A model generated the notes under the pieces. It was not told where the DNA came from and ran no database searches. It saw only the letters and a program-made list of their open reading frames with translations. 64,000 bases of DNA, taken from an uncultured Gammaproteobacteria bacterium (lineage in GTDB: Bacteria > Pseudomonadota > Gammaproteobacteria > JAADHQ01). Positions within the stretch are counted from its first letter, which is position 1; each line of letters begins with the position of its first letter. The position numbers were made by a program, and so were the translations under genes. The stretch lies in assembly GCA_947258755.1 (NCBI GenBank), contig CAMYJO010000002.1, forward strand, positions 4,768 to 68,767, read 5' to 3'. Below are positions 50,865 to 61,322 of the stretch, piece after piece.

Positions 50865-53591
50865 CTAACTGAATTTGCCGATACTGGGCTTGCCAATATA
50901 GTAACCCTGCGCATAGTCCACGCCGATTCCTCTGATCACTTCGTAGACCTCTTTAGACTCAACAAACTCGGCCACGGTCATCATACCCATGCCCCTGGCG
51001 ACATCGACCAATGCCTTGACAAAAAGTTGGTCATGTTTGCTTTGATGGATTTCGCGAATAAAACTGCCATCGATCTTGAGTATATCGGCCTGCAATTGTT
51101 TCAGATAGGAAAACGAGGAAAAACCAACACCAAAGTCGTCCAGGGCTATTCGACAACCCAAGGCCTTGATACGATCTATAAACTCTATGGCCCGCCCGAT
51201 ATCCTGAAATGCTGCACTCTCAGTGACTTCAAATATCACTCGATTCCTGTCCAGACCTGTCCTTTCCAGTTCCGACTCTATCAGGCTGAGCATTTTTGGT
51301 TCACCGACTGACAGGCCGGACAAGTTAATCGTAAACGATATATGCGAGTGTGATGCCGGTAGATTGGCGAGCACGCCCATGGCCTTTTTCACAACCCAGG
51401 TGTCGATTTCTCGAATCAGGCCAAACTGTTCTGCTGTCGGAATAAAATCGCCCGGGTAGAAAAATTTACCTTCCGTACCGGCACGCATCCTGACCAGCAC
51501 TTCGTAACGGGAGGCCGATTCGCCGGTGGTAGGCTCGATCGGCTGGAATGCAAGCACCAGCATCTCATTGGAAATCGCGTCATGGATACGGTCTTTCCAA
51601 ATCAGCTGTGAACCCATTTTCTCTTGTTGTTGATCACCCGGTTCATAGATGCGCGCACGATTTCGACCTTCTTCCTTGGCCTTGTACATTGCAGTATCGG
51701 CCTTGGCCATCAAGTCCACCGGATCATTGGAGTGATCAGGGAAGATGGCCACGCCCAGGCTCGCAGTTGTATTCATGACCTTGCCGCTGTACATGGGCTT
51801 GAGTTGATTTATTTTATTCAATATCTCGTTAATACGTTTATCGATCTGGTCGACATCCGTGTTAACAAAGGCAATAACAAATTCATCACCACTGAGTCTG
51901 GCCACCAGGTCCACATTCCTGGACATCTTTTTCAACAGTCCCGCAAACTGCACAATGACTTCATCGCCTGCCGCGTGTCCGGCGGTATCATTAATCAACT
52001 TGAAGTGATCAAGATCAATTAATAACAACGCGCCCTGGGTCTGCTGCCTTTCTGCCAGAGATATCTCTCTTCCCAGTTCTTCCATAAAACGGTTACGGTT
52101 CGACAGACCGGTAAGGTGGTCTTTGTTGGCCAGATGCACCAGGCGTTCTTCATCGTTCTTTTCCTTGGTAATATCACTGGCGGTACCACGATAACCCTGG
52201 AATACACCATTTTCGAAATAAGGGCTGGCATTGAAGCGCACGCAAATGCGGTAGCCCTGTTGTGTTGTCAACCAGATCTCCAGATTCTTGAAGCCAACAT
52301 GCGATGGCATATTGCTGTCAAATAACATCGCTATCTCAATAAGATTATCGTTGCGGAAAATCTCAATCATTGATTTACCCTGCATCTCTTCCACAGTGTA
52401 GCCCAAGGACTCCTTGACAGAGGATGACAGGTAAGTAAACAGGCCTTCGGCATTGGTTTCCCATAACCAGTCTGAAGATATCTCGGCAAAATCTGCGATC
52501 CTTTCTTTAACCAGTGCCTTTTGTTCCTGTGCGTTGAGAATTTTTTGACGCATCTGGTCCAGTGACGTGCGTAGATCACCGAGTTCGTCTTTACGCAGAC
52601 GTTGGCTGATATTGACATTCAGATTGCCGTCACCAATGGCATGACTGACGCCTGCCAGTTCCTTCAGCGGGCTGGACAGATAGGAGCGGCTGATCTGGAT
52701 ACCGATAAGTGCCGCCAGCAGGATAACCACCAGGCCACCGTAAAAGGCATGTTTGAACATTTCATTATATGGACCCATCTGCTCATTCATGGAGGTGCTG
52801 AGCATCACGAACAGACGCGCCGGGCTATGTACCATATCCGGCATGACATAGGCCTTACTGTAATAGGCTTCATCACCTATCTGTACCTGTCGCAGACTAT
52901 TGTTTTTTGTGTCGATCGCCACTTCGGCCTGGTAAGCAAATGCATTATTGGTTGTGCTGAAGACTGAATTCGGTCTGTACAGCATGATCTCAAGTCCATA
53001 TGGGTAGCTGTCCTTGATCGCAGCCAGATCTCCGTCTGCAATCAGGTTAGCCTGCATTAACACGGCTACCAGCTTACCCTCTTTCCAAACCGGCACAGCA
53101 ACGGCATTCAATACAGTATCATCGATAAACAAATAGGCGCGGACCGCCTTCTTGGTTTGCCGTACCTTTGTAAACACACGCTTATACTCATCCTCTGCAA
53201 GGATGCGCGGCGACAGCAATACTGCAAATGATGATGCACCGGTCGTGAAGGAACGTCCCGGTACGGTGGATTGCATTAACAACAAATCGTTTTCGAGTAT
53301 TTTTCTGGATTGCTGCAATTGTGCATGGATGCGAGGTTCAGGGTCATTAACCTGCGCGGCCTGATCGAGGATATCGACCAATTGTCGCGCCAAAATCCTG
53401 CTGTCCTTGATTAATTCTCGCGCTTCGGCCTGCAGTACCGATCGCTGCACCGAATAGGCTGAATCCAGCTCATTGCCAATTTCATTGCGGATGTGCCCAT
53501 TAATCAGGTACAGGCCTATACCTGAAAAACTCAGCAACACGACCAGGATCAGGGTGACAATGAAAAGTGTACTTTTTTGCTCTATATTCAT
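50865..53591 (-). CDS. Membrane sensor with HAMP-PAS-GGDEF-EAL domains
   Basis: Two TMs, HAMP, PAS; RNVD I-site and SGDEF; EVL, DDFG, KID, AEFVE, QGY. Confidence 0.92.
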   Translation of the reverse strand: MNIEQKSTLFIVTLILVVLLSFSGIGLYLINGHIRNEIGNELDSAYSVQRSVLQAEARELIKDSRILARQLVDILDQAAQVNDPEPRIHAQLQQSRKILENDLLLMQSTVPGRSFTTGASSFAVLLSPRILAEDEYKRVFTKVRQTKKAVRAYLFIDDTVLNAVAVPVWKEGKLVAVLMQANLIADGDLAAIKDSYPYGLEIMLYRPNSVFSTTNNAFAYQAEVAIDTKNNSLRQVQIGDEAYYSKAYVMPDMVHSPARLFVMLSTSMNEQMGPYNEMFKHAFYGGLVVILLAALIGIQISRSYLSSPLKELAGVSHAIGDGNLNVNISQRLRKDELGDLRTSLDQMRQKILNAQEQKALVKERIADFAEISSDWLWETNAEGLFTYLSSSVKESLGYTVEEMQGKSMIEIFRNDNLIEIAMLFDSNMPSHVGFKNLEIWLTTQQGYRICVRFNASPYFENGVFQGYRGTASDITKEKNDEERLVHLANKDHLTGLSNRNRFMEELGREISLAERQQTQGALLLIDLDHFKLINDTAGHAAGDEVIVQFAGLLKKMSRNVDLVARLSGDEFVIAFVNTDVDQIDKRINEILNKINQLKPMYSGKVMNTTASLGVAIFPDHSNDPVDLMAKADTAMYKAKEEGRNRARIYEPGDQQQEKMGSQLIWKDRIHDAISNEMLVLAFQPIEPTTGESASRYEVLVRMRAGTEGKFFYPGDFIPTAEQFGLIREIDTWVVKKAMGVLANLPASHSHISFTINLSGLSVGEPKMLSLIESELERTGLDRNRVIFEVTESAAFQDIGRAIEFIDRIKALGCRIALDDFGVGFSSFSYLKQLQADILKIDGSFIREIHQSKHDQLFVKALVDVARGMGMMTVAEFVESKEVYEVIRGIGVDYAQGYYIGKPSIGKFS

Positions 53592-53751
53592 TCAGTAATC
53601 AGTATATTCCTTTACTAGTAAATCCTGTTTCGGCCGTCACATGAAAAACTGATGCACAGATTTAATTTTCAGCGAGCGACTGACAACACCCTGAATATCG
53701 CCTAAGATAACATTATTTTATGTATATGATCACATCCCTTGAGAGACGTCT

Positions 53752-54117
53752 ATGCCCTCTGACAGCCTGGATCAACTGCGCCAACAACTGGCTGAATTCG
53801 CCAGGGCCAGGGATTGGCAACAATTCCATTCACCAAAGAATCTGAGTATGGCCCTGATCGCCGAGGCAGCCGAGCTTGTGGAGCATTTTCAATGGCTTAC
53901 CGAGGAGGCGAGCCGGACACTGAGCGATGATAAGCGGCATGAAGTCAGCCTGGAGCTGGCCGACATCCTGATCTACCTGATCCGCACGGCCGATCAGCTC
54001 AATATCGACCTGCTGCAGGCCGCCGCTGAGAAGGTTGCCATCAATGAATCGCGCTACCCGATTGAGCGCGTGCGCGGTCAGGCCAAACGCGCCAGCGAAT
54101 ACACTGACCAGGACTGA
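53752..54117 (+). CDS. MazG-like nucleotide pyrophosphohydrolase
   Basis: RDWQQFHSPKNL..AL..E..EL.E.FQW, ELAD. Confidence 0.92.
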   Translation: MPSDSLDQLRQQLAEFARARDWQQFHSPKNLSMALIAEAAELVEHFQWLTEEASRTLSDDKRHEVSLELADILIYLIRTADQLNIDLLQAAAEKVAINESRYPIERVRGQAKRASEYTDQD

Positions 54118-54160
54118 TTTCCCCCTCTGCAGACGCTGTCACGCGTCGCATTTTTTCAGC

Positions 54161-54187
54161 TAAAGCATTGCCCTGCCTGACCGCTAA
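54161..54187 (+). promoter_or_regulatory. Possible sigma-28 promoter
   Basis: TAAA-N15-ACCGCTAA (6/8 to GCCGATAA). Confidence 0.4.
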
Positions 54188-54287
54188 CCCATTTATAAAC
54201 GTAAAAACATGGATATAAGTCACTGCTATGGGACTCTGTCAAGAAAATGACAAGCTGTTGCTGCCGCTCACAACGAGGAATGTCTTT

Positions 54288-55100
54288 ATGGTCATGGAGA
54301 ACTTAACTGTAGCCAATCAAACGATCCTGGAAAGCTGCACAAACAGCATTATCAGACTGGATGATAGCGGCAAGATTATCAGTATCAGCAACGAACTCTG
54401 CCAGCTCGCCGGGCTGGATGTAGCACAGCTGACGGGCAGGCATGCTAGCGAAGCCGGGCCAGTGATTCAGCATTTGCTGGATAACAGTGGCACGGTGGAA
54501 ATTCAGGCGCAAAGCGATAGCCGTTATCAGTTCAATCACAGCGAACTGGAAAACCAATCCGATGCGGGTACAGTGCATATATTCACCAACATTACTACGA
54601 TGATGGATTTGCATAATGAAAACCAGCGCCTCAAGGAAGAGGCCAGACAATTACAACTGATTGACCAGGACACCAGCCTGTTAACCAAGCGTGCTTTGCT
54701 ACTGGTTCTAGAGTCCCAGGTTTCGCGCTGTCGTCGATATGAGACACCGCTGTCCGTCTTTATGATGAGCTTCAATAAGGGCGGTGACAGGGCTGATTTA
54801 AAACTACAGCTGCTAAAGCTGGGGCGTTTGCTAAAAGACCAGCTGCGTTGGTCAGACATGATCGCGCGCTCGGCAGACCGGCAGTTCACCATCATCCTGC
54901 CGGAAACTGATCGTTCTTCTTCGGATTTACTGATCAATAAACTCAAAGAAACCATTAAGCTCTGGGGTGAAGACTACCGCGTCTGTTTTGGTCAGTCGGA
55001 ATGGAAAAAGGGCATCAATGCATCGGACCTGTTAAGTCAATGCGAACATGAACTAGCAGACGCATCAAGGACCACTAGCAGCGGACAGGATGTTGCTTAA
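54288..55100 (+). CDS. PAS-like + degenerate GGDEF protein
   Basis: DQDTSLLTKR; RWSD followed after five residues by ADRQF in place of GGDEF; GAGG before ATG 54288. Confidence 0.82.
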   Translation: MVMENLTVANQTILESCTNSIIRLDDSGKIISISNELCQLAGLDVAQLTGRHASEAGPVIQHLLDNSGTVEIQAQSDSRYQFNHSELENQSDAGTVHIFTNITTMMDLHNENQRLKEEARQLQLIDQDTSLLTKRALLLVLESQVSRCRRYETPLSVFMMSFNKGGDRADLKLQLLKLGRLLKDQLRWSDMIARSADRQFTIILPETDRSSSDLLINKLKETIKLWGEDYRVCFGQSEWKKGINASDLLSQCEHELADASRTTSSGQDVA

Positions 55101-55170
55101 GGATTGGGCGGATTCGAAACTGCGCTCTGTTTGTTTGTATTAAATTTAACTCCTGGGATAGTACCGTCTT

Positions 55171-58011
55171 ATGGCGCAGGTAAAAAAACGCGTATTCTCT
55201 GATGATGAAAAAACGGTTGCAGAGATTCGCGACCGCTTTCTGAAAGTGAATAACGATCGCATTAAGACAGTCCGTAATGCCCTCAAGCAACGCCAGCAAA
55301 TATTTCTCGATATCCTGCCATTACTGTTTCACCACAATGAAGTACAACTACCTGGCTTTGTTAGCGATCGCTGCCCCCATGGCATCTATGACTATACCCC
55401 CGGTACCACTGCTTCGGATGCCGCCAAAAAACTGATCAAGAAATACAGTGACAAACGCATGCCCATGCGTGAATACCATATCTACGCCCTGTACCTGATC
55501 GGCAGTGCCGGTACGATCGCCTATACCGATCGCAGTGACCTCGATATATGGGTATGTCACCGCTCAGATATGGCCGCTGCGGATATCCAAGTCTTGCAAA
55601 ATAAATGCAAGCTGATCAGTACCTGGGCCGCTTCTTTAGGCCTGGAAGCCAACTTTTTTGTCATTACACCTGAATCAATTCGTGACGGACAGATCGAGAC
55701 ATTGTCCGATGAGAGTAGTGGTAGCGCACAGCACCTATTGCTGATCGAAGAATTCTACCGTTCGGGATTATTATTAGCCGGACGCATACCGGCCTGGTGG
55801 CTGGTACCAGCCGATCACGAAAACAAGTACTATGAATACCTGGAACAACTGTTATCGAAAAAAATTATTACCGAACACGATTTCATTGATTTTGGTGACA
55901 TAAACACCATTCCTGCTGCTGAATTCTATGGTGCTGCTCTATGGCAATTAAACAAGGCCATCGACTCCCCTTACAAATCCATGCTCAAATTATTATTAAT
56001 GGAGTCCTACGCCAGCGAATACCCACAAACTGAACTGCTATGCACTCACCTGAAAAAGGCAATTTACGAAGGTGAAACAAACATCGATAAGCTCGATTCG
56101 TATGTATTGATGATTAACAAGCTTGATAATTACCTCAGCAAACAAGAATCAGAGGGACGTCTACAGCTCGCGCGCAAATGCTTTTATTTAAAAGTTCATG
56201 AATGGTTGACAGGCGACCACAGCCAGGAAAAATCCCGTACCCATGAAGTCATGACAGAACTGACCACACAATGGAACTGGACACATGATGAACTTATATT
56301 ACTGGACTCACGTGAAACCTGGAAAATAGATCGTGTTGTTGAGGAAAGAGGTGTGCTCGTCGATGAGCTGACCAACAGCTACCGTATGATGACTGACCTG
56401 GTCCGTCAACATACGGTAGAGACTAACATTAGCCAGGATGACCTCAATATTCTCGGACGTCGTCTGTATAGTGCCTTTGAAAGAAAAACCGGCAAGATCG
56501 ACCTGATCAATCCCGGCATTTCCACTAACCTGTCAGAAAAACGCCTGGTCTTTGTACATACTTCTGTCAACGACACGCCGACCTGGCTGCTGTATAGAAA
56601 CAGCTATGATCCAAACAATAATCTAAAGCAACAATCACCTATCAAGCGCAGCCATCATTTGCTCGAACTGGTAGCCTGGTGCTATTTCAATGGCATTCTC
56701 GGTCGCGATACCCTGGTGACCCTGCACAGCCAACTACAGGGCCATTCCTCGCAAGAGCTACTGCATCTGATCGATGCCTTCCGCACGCATTTCCCGAGCG
56801 GAAAGATCGCCAAATCCACCATGCAACAACTCAGCGAGCCGGCCTCAATCGTCACTACCGCACTGTTTATCAACCTTGGCCGTGATCCGCTTTCATCACA
56901 TACACGCAAAGGGCTGCATCTGACCAGCAACCGATCGGACCCACTAAGCTTTGGCGGCAAGTGGCAGAACCTGGTCGAGACCTGCAGTTGTATTTTGGTG
57001 ACCAGCTGGGGTGAGATCCTGACCCAACAATACGAAGGCGAGAATGCGTTACTGGAATGCATTACAGATCAACTTGCCTGGTCGCCTGTGTCACGCGGGA
57101 TCATGCCGAAACTGCTCAAAACCTATAGTTTTGTGCCCTCATACGGTGAATCCATCAGCCGCCGAATCGACCGCTTATTTGAAGACCTGGTGACATTTTT
57201 CTACGGAAATACCGAATCAGCTAATGCACGCTATTTATTAAGAGTGCAGCGTCATCACGCCCTCATCCAGGTAGAGAATGATGTGCCACGCTATGAACTG
57301 TTGCGTTCATCCAGGGAGCTAATGCAAACGCTTGGTAGTACCCAGGAGCAATTTTGCACCTATTATTTTGATCGTTATGCGAATGACGACATGATCCTGA
57401 AATTACTTCAACGCCATAACAAACCCGGCATCATCCAGCTCTTTTATCTTAACAAAGAACCACTGGTCGACATTTATGTGCTCGATGAATACGGCTCCCT
57501 ATATACCCAACAAATCGAGTACCATGATATACCAACGATGCTGGGCCATTATCAATACTTTTTTGATGCCGCCCTGAAACGTCATAGCATGCAGGTATCT
57601 GCGGGGCTGGACACCGATATACAGATTAGCTATGAGTTCTACCCGATCCGCAAAACGGCCAATAATAGTTTTTACATCGAACAGAAAGAACAACCCAGGA
57701 TATCCGAGCGCCACAATTATTTTGATGTCCAGGTGATTGGGGATATCAATAATATAAAAAGCGACAGCTTTTATTTATATTGTGACGGTAAGGAATTCAG
57801 CAATCTGGAATTTGGCAATAATGTTTTGCATGAAGCCGTCAGCTATATCCTGGAAAAACGCCAACAAAACGAACGTTACCCGATTTATATCACCGATATA
57901 GACAACAATAATTCACAGGCCTACAACAATAATCGTATTCAGACGGTACAGCTATTAAACCAGAAAAAGATCATTGAGGGCAGACTGAATCAGACCTTGA
58001 AAAACTTGTAA
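55171..58011 (+). CDS. cyaA: Class I adenylate cyclase
   Basis: LPLLFH, YLIGSAGTI..TDRSDLDIWVCH, LLIEEFYR, YKSMLKLLLMESY. Confidence 0.93.
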   Translation: MAQVKKRVFSDDEKTVAEIRDRFLKVNNDRIKTVRNALKQRQQIFLDILPLLFHHNEVQLPGFVSDRCPHGIYDYTPGTTASDAAKKLIKKYSDKRMPMREYHIYALYLIGSAGTIAYTDRSDLDIWVCHRSDMAAADIQVLQNKCKLISTWAASLGLEANFFVITPESIRDGQIETLSDESSGSAQHLLLIEEFYRSGLLLAGRIPAWWLVPADHENKYYEYLEQLLSKKIITEHDFIDFGDINTIPAAEFYGAALWQLNKAIDSPYKSMLKLLLMESYASEYPQTELLCTHLKKAIYEGETNIDKLDSYVLMINKLDNYLSKQESEGRLQLARKCFYLKVHEWLTGDHSQEKSRTHEVMTELTTQWNWTHDELILLDSRETWKIDRVVEERGVLVDELTNSYRMMTDLVRQHTVETNISQDDLNILGRRLYSAFERKTGKIDLINPGISTNLSEKRLVFVHTSVNDTPTWLLYRNSYDPNNNLKQQSPIKRSHHLLELVAWCYFNGILGRDTLVTLHSQLQGHSSQELLHLIDAFRTHFPSGKIAKSTMQQLSEPASIVTTALFINLGRDPLSSHTRKGLHLTSNRSDPLSFGGKWQNLVETCSCILVTSWGEILTQQYEGENALLECITDQLAWSPVSRGIMPKLLKTYSFVPSYGESISRRIDRLFEDLVTFFYGNTESANARYLLRVQRHHALIQVENDVPRYELLRSSRELMQTLGSTQEQFCTYYFDRYANDDMILKLLQRHNKPGIIQLFYLNKEPLVDIYVLDEYGSLYTQQIEYHDIPTMLGHYQYFFDAALKRHSMQVSAGLDTDIQISYEFYPIRKTANNSFYIEQKEQPRISERHNYFDVQVIGDINNIKSDSFYLYCDGKEFSNLEFGNNVLHEAVSYILEKRQQNERYPIYITDIDNNNSQAYNNNRIQTVQLLNQKKIIEGRLNQTLKNL

Positions 58012-58046
58012 GCTTGACTGTTAACTGGCTTGCCAGTAGCACAAGG

Positions 58047-58499
58047 CTATTCTTCCTTGCGCACATCTTCCATTATCGATTTAATATCATTGTGCCAGCG
58101 TTTAAGCAGCAGGGTATGCTCCGGCTTGTTAGTAGCACTATCGTAATGCAATGGATTCAAGGCGACTATCATGGTTTCGTCACCCTCAGAAAATATAACC
58201 AGCTTTAATGGCAAAAAAGCTGCAATCTGAGGTGCACTATCCGTTAGCAATTTCATCTCATCATGCTTACCAAAAAATACAATTCGGTAACGTGATGTTT
58301 TAAAGCCTGCTTTTTCCAGCCCTACGTCAATACGTTGTACGCGAGACAGTGTATATTTATGCTCAATAATCGAATTTTGCAGACTTGACATGGCTTCTGG
58401 AAACGGCATTGTTGAACGCACCATTAACACATCCTGCTCACTGGCAAAGCTGGAGCCCGCTATACATAACAATACGATACTAACAAAGAAGTTCTTCAT
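58047..58499 (-). CDS. Exported DUF302-domain protein
   Basis: Signal peptide; YRIVFFGK...AAFLPLKLVIF..G; ATG 58499 overlaps upstream stop. Confidence 0.8.
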   Translation of the reverse strand: MKNFFVSIVLLCIAGSSFASEQDVLMVRSTMPFPEAMSSLQNSIIEHKYTLSRVQRIDVGLEKAGFKTSRYRIVFFGKHDEMKLLTDSAPQIAAFLPLKLVIFSEGDETMIVALNPLHYDSATNKPEHTLLLKRWHNDIKSIMEDVRKEE

Positions 58500-59530
58500 A
58501 GTGCCGCCTCTTCCAGGATATCCCGGTACATGCCCGTCATTTCTGCACATATTTTATCAAGCTCTGCATTATTAAATTTCTTGCTCATGGCTGACGGGTT
58601 GACGGTAATCATACTGACCTTGCCGTCTTTCTCTATTAAGGTAACCCGGCAGGGTAAAAACAGTCCTACACGGGGATCGATAGCCAGGGCCTTGTTCAAC
58701 ATACTGAAGTTACAAAAATACAAAATAATTTTCTTGCTATCTTCCTTACCTTTTTCTACATAACCCTGCTCAAATAGCTGTTCACGAATGATACGGAAGT
58801 TGGCGCCAATGGCAGCATTCTTAAGTGCCGCCAGCGTTGACTTCATCGACTCGGAAGATTCATATTTAATATAGGCAGGCTCGGACTTGTCAGTTTTTTG
58901 ATCAGTTGTTGTATGCTGGAGTGAACGAATATAAGCCACGATATCATTTACCTGGCTATCCGACATGCCCTGACGTGAAAAAGAATTCATCGGTGTGCCT
59001 TCACGCCCGTTAATCAATGTATGTTTGATCATCGCATCACTGGCGGCAGCAAGAAATCCGGAATTGGCGAGTGATGGCGCTATGATAGGTAGATCGCGTG
59101 GGCGCGAAAATGTCACGCCTGTTCCGCTGCCACCTTTGGCATCTGCACCATGACAACTGGCGCAATGTTGCGCATATAATTTTTTTCCATTGGCGCTATT
59201 GCCTTTGATAGGCTGTAACGGGTACACCGGCGCCTTGTTTTTAGACCAACTACGAATATAGCGAACAATCGCCTCAACCTGTACATCGCTCATGTCCTGA
59301 AAAGAAGGCATGACACGGCCCGGCCGCCCCTCTCTTATCGTCGTAAACAGGTAGCGATCAGAAACACTGTCGAGAAAACTGGCCAATGCCAGCGGCACGC
59401 CGACGCCGCCCTTGCCCATGTCACCATGACAGGCGGCACAGTTTTGCTGATACAGCTGCTTACCCTGTGGAGCACTATAGGCAGTCAGTGGTACTAATAA
59501 AATCAATAATAGAGTGGAGAAATTTTTCAT
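58496..59530 (-). CDS. Diheme c-type cytochrome fused to DUF302
   Basis: CAACH and CASCH in two repeated class I domains with distal Met; C-terminal FCNF...DPRVGLFLPCRV. Confidence 0.88.
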   Translation of the reverse strand: MKNFSTLLLILLVPLTAYSAPQGKQLYQQNCAACHGDMGKGGVGVPLALASFLDSVSDRYLFTTIREGRPGRVMPSFQDMSDVQVEAIVRYIRSWSKNKAPVYPLQPIKGNSANGKKLYAQHCASCHGADAKGGSGTGVTFSRPRDLPIIAPSLANSGFLAAASDAMIKHTLINGREGTPMNSFSRQGMSDSQVNDIVAYIRSLQHTTTDQKTDKSEPAYIKYESSESMKSTLAALKNAAIGANFRIIREQLFEQGYVEKGKEDSKKIILYFCNFSMLNKALAIDPRVGLFLPCRVTLIEKDGKVSMITVNPSAMSKKFNNAELDKICAEMTGMYRDILEEAAL

Positions 59531-59664
59531 GGCACCATTATAACAGTCAATATATTAGAATATTCTTATATACTATCTTGAATGTCTATGATTTTCAAGT
59601 CATATAAACACTAATATATGATATATATTAAGAAATTCAGCGTTGCTATGAGCGGTTCTTAGCC

Positions 59665-60337
59665 TTAGATGCCTAGTCGCTCCAGGATAAAACGGCGTAT
59701 ATCCACTAATTGTTGCTGGCAAACAGTGTGTTCCATCGTGTATTGCTGCCACGACACCGCCGATAGACCCAGCTCACGCAGCCGTCTATAGGCCATTAAG
59801 CCAAGCTCGAGATCGATTACTGTGTCATGGCTGCCGTGCATCATCTGTATGGCCGTAGTGCGTTGGCACGGCTGCAGCTCATCTGCCAGTGACGCCGCCA
59901 AGGGCAAATAACAGGACAGGGCCAATATTCCGCCCAAGGCCTGCCCAAATCGTAGCCCGGAGCAGTGCCATACAACCGCCCTGGGAGAAGCCTGCCAGCA
60001 AAATACGCTGTGCGGGAATACCACTAGCGATCTGATCTTCGATAAGTCCGTCGATCATTACCTGCGATTCTCTGATGCCGACTTCATCCTCCGGTGCCTG
60101 CTTGCCAATGCCAGCAATGTCGAACCAGGCGCGCATCTGCACACCGTTGTTGAGGGTCACCGCCCTGACCGGGGCATGCGGAAATAGAAATCGTATACTA
60201 TGACCGGCCGGCAGATCCAAGGCCTCGACGATAGGGACAAAGTCATTACCGTCGGCACCCAGCCCATGTAACCAAATGACACAGGCATTCGCTGGACCCT
60301 GTGGCAACAACTCAATCATCGATATAATATCCTTCAT
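59665..60337 (-). pseudogene. Carboxylesterase/phospholipase (alpha/beta hydrolase) with frameshift
   Basis: WLHGLGADG, GFSQGG in one frame; ALSCYLP, MHGSHD.VI, MEH.V in another; shift near 59963. Confidence 0.85.
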
Positions 60338-60374
60338 TCACCCAACTATTATTAAAATCATAGTGACCGGCATT

Positions 60375-60422
60375 AAAAAACCGCTGTGTCTCATAGCTAG
60401 AATACTATGAAAGCACAGCGGT
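60375..60422 (-). terminator. Intrinsic terminator after soxZ
   Basis: ccgctgtg/cacagcgg and tcatag/ctatga stems followed by a T-run on the minus strand. Confidence 0.7.
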
Positions 60423-60446
60423 CTGCATCAGCCTTTGTTACGCTTT

Positions 60447-60764
60447 TTAGCTGATCGTAGCGTCCTTGCTATCACTATCACCCTTGTTGTCAGTCCAGCT
60501 GATCTTCAGGGCGTCTCCGGCCTTAGCGCCACTAAACTTGCATTGGATAAAGGGGTTTTTTGACACGGCTGGACCTAATAGCCCGTCCAGTACCATCTTG
60601 CCATTATGCTCAACCTTTATAGTTTCAATATAATGGGCAGGAATTTTCTTACCCGTTTTTTTATCTTTACGTAAACCCGTTTCCATTGGATGCGTCAGCA
60701 ACATTTTCACCGTTGCTACGTCACCATCAACCCAGGCACGTGGTCGAATTGTATTTGAAGCCAT
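60447..60764 (-). CDS. soxZ: Sulfur carrier subunit SoxZ
   Basis: HPMETGLRKD, IPAHYI, VSKNPF, WTDNKG. Confidence 0.96.
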   Translation of the reverse strand: MASNTIRPRAWVDGDVATVKMLLTHPMETGLRKDKKTGKKIPAHYIETIKVEHNGKMVLDGLLGPAVSKNPFIQCKFSGAKAGDALKISWTDNKGDSDSKDATIS

Positions 60765-60804
60765 CTTACACCTCGTATCTTTTTAGTTTCAGGATAGGCC
60801 CGCG

Positions 60805-61284
60805 TTAACCGCCACAGCCACCAATTGTCACTTTCACTTCACGACCCGCGCTGTACAGCTTGCCACCCGATTTCACCACCGCGATCACACTGGAGGTCTT
60901 GGCGACCTTGACGCGTGTCTTGATGACGCGTGTCTTGATGAACGGTTCGGTGACGGCCGCCAGGTTGAAGCTGGACGTCAATGGTTGTGCATTTTTCTCG
61001 ACCAGGATGCTGATAGAGTCAACATTCTTCAGCGAGGTGCTGACCGCGATGTTGACCACGGCACCGTTTTCCGCAATCGGTGGTGCCTTGATGCTGATGT
61101 CGCCACTGGCAGTCAGGCCTTCACTACCGAACAGGCTCTTGACAGCATTGTTCATGCCTTTGGCTTCAAAGGCCGCTTTCGGCCATGCGGCCATAACCAT
61201 TTGCGGGGTCAGCAGACCGGCTGTGGCGGCTACGCCGGCCATGCCTGCCGTCAGGCTGCCCTTAAGTAGGGATCTTCTTTTCAT
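60805..61284 (-). CDS. soxY: Sulfur carrier subunit SoxY
   Basis: Tat motif KRRSLLK, APPIAENGAVV, C-terminal VTIGGCGG. Confidence 0.96.
   Translation of the reverse strand: MKRRSLLKGSLTAGMAGVAATAGLLTPQMVMAAWPKAAFEAKGMNNAVKSLFGSEGLTASGDISIKAPPIAENGAVVNIAVSTSLKNVDSISILVEKNAQPLTSSFNLAAVTEPFIKTRVIKTRVKVAKTSSVIAVVKSGGKLYSAGREVKVTIGGCGG
60911..60940. repeat. Exact 15-bp tandem duplication in soxY
   Basis: acgcgtgtcttgatg twice, giving IKTRV-IKTRV. Confidence 0.92.
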
Positions 61285-61322
61285 CTGGAATTACTCCTCA
61301 AAAATACTGTAACTAGTTTGCC

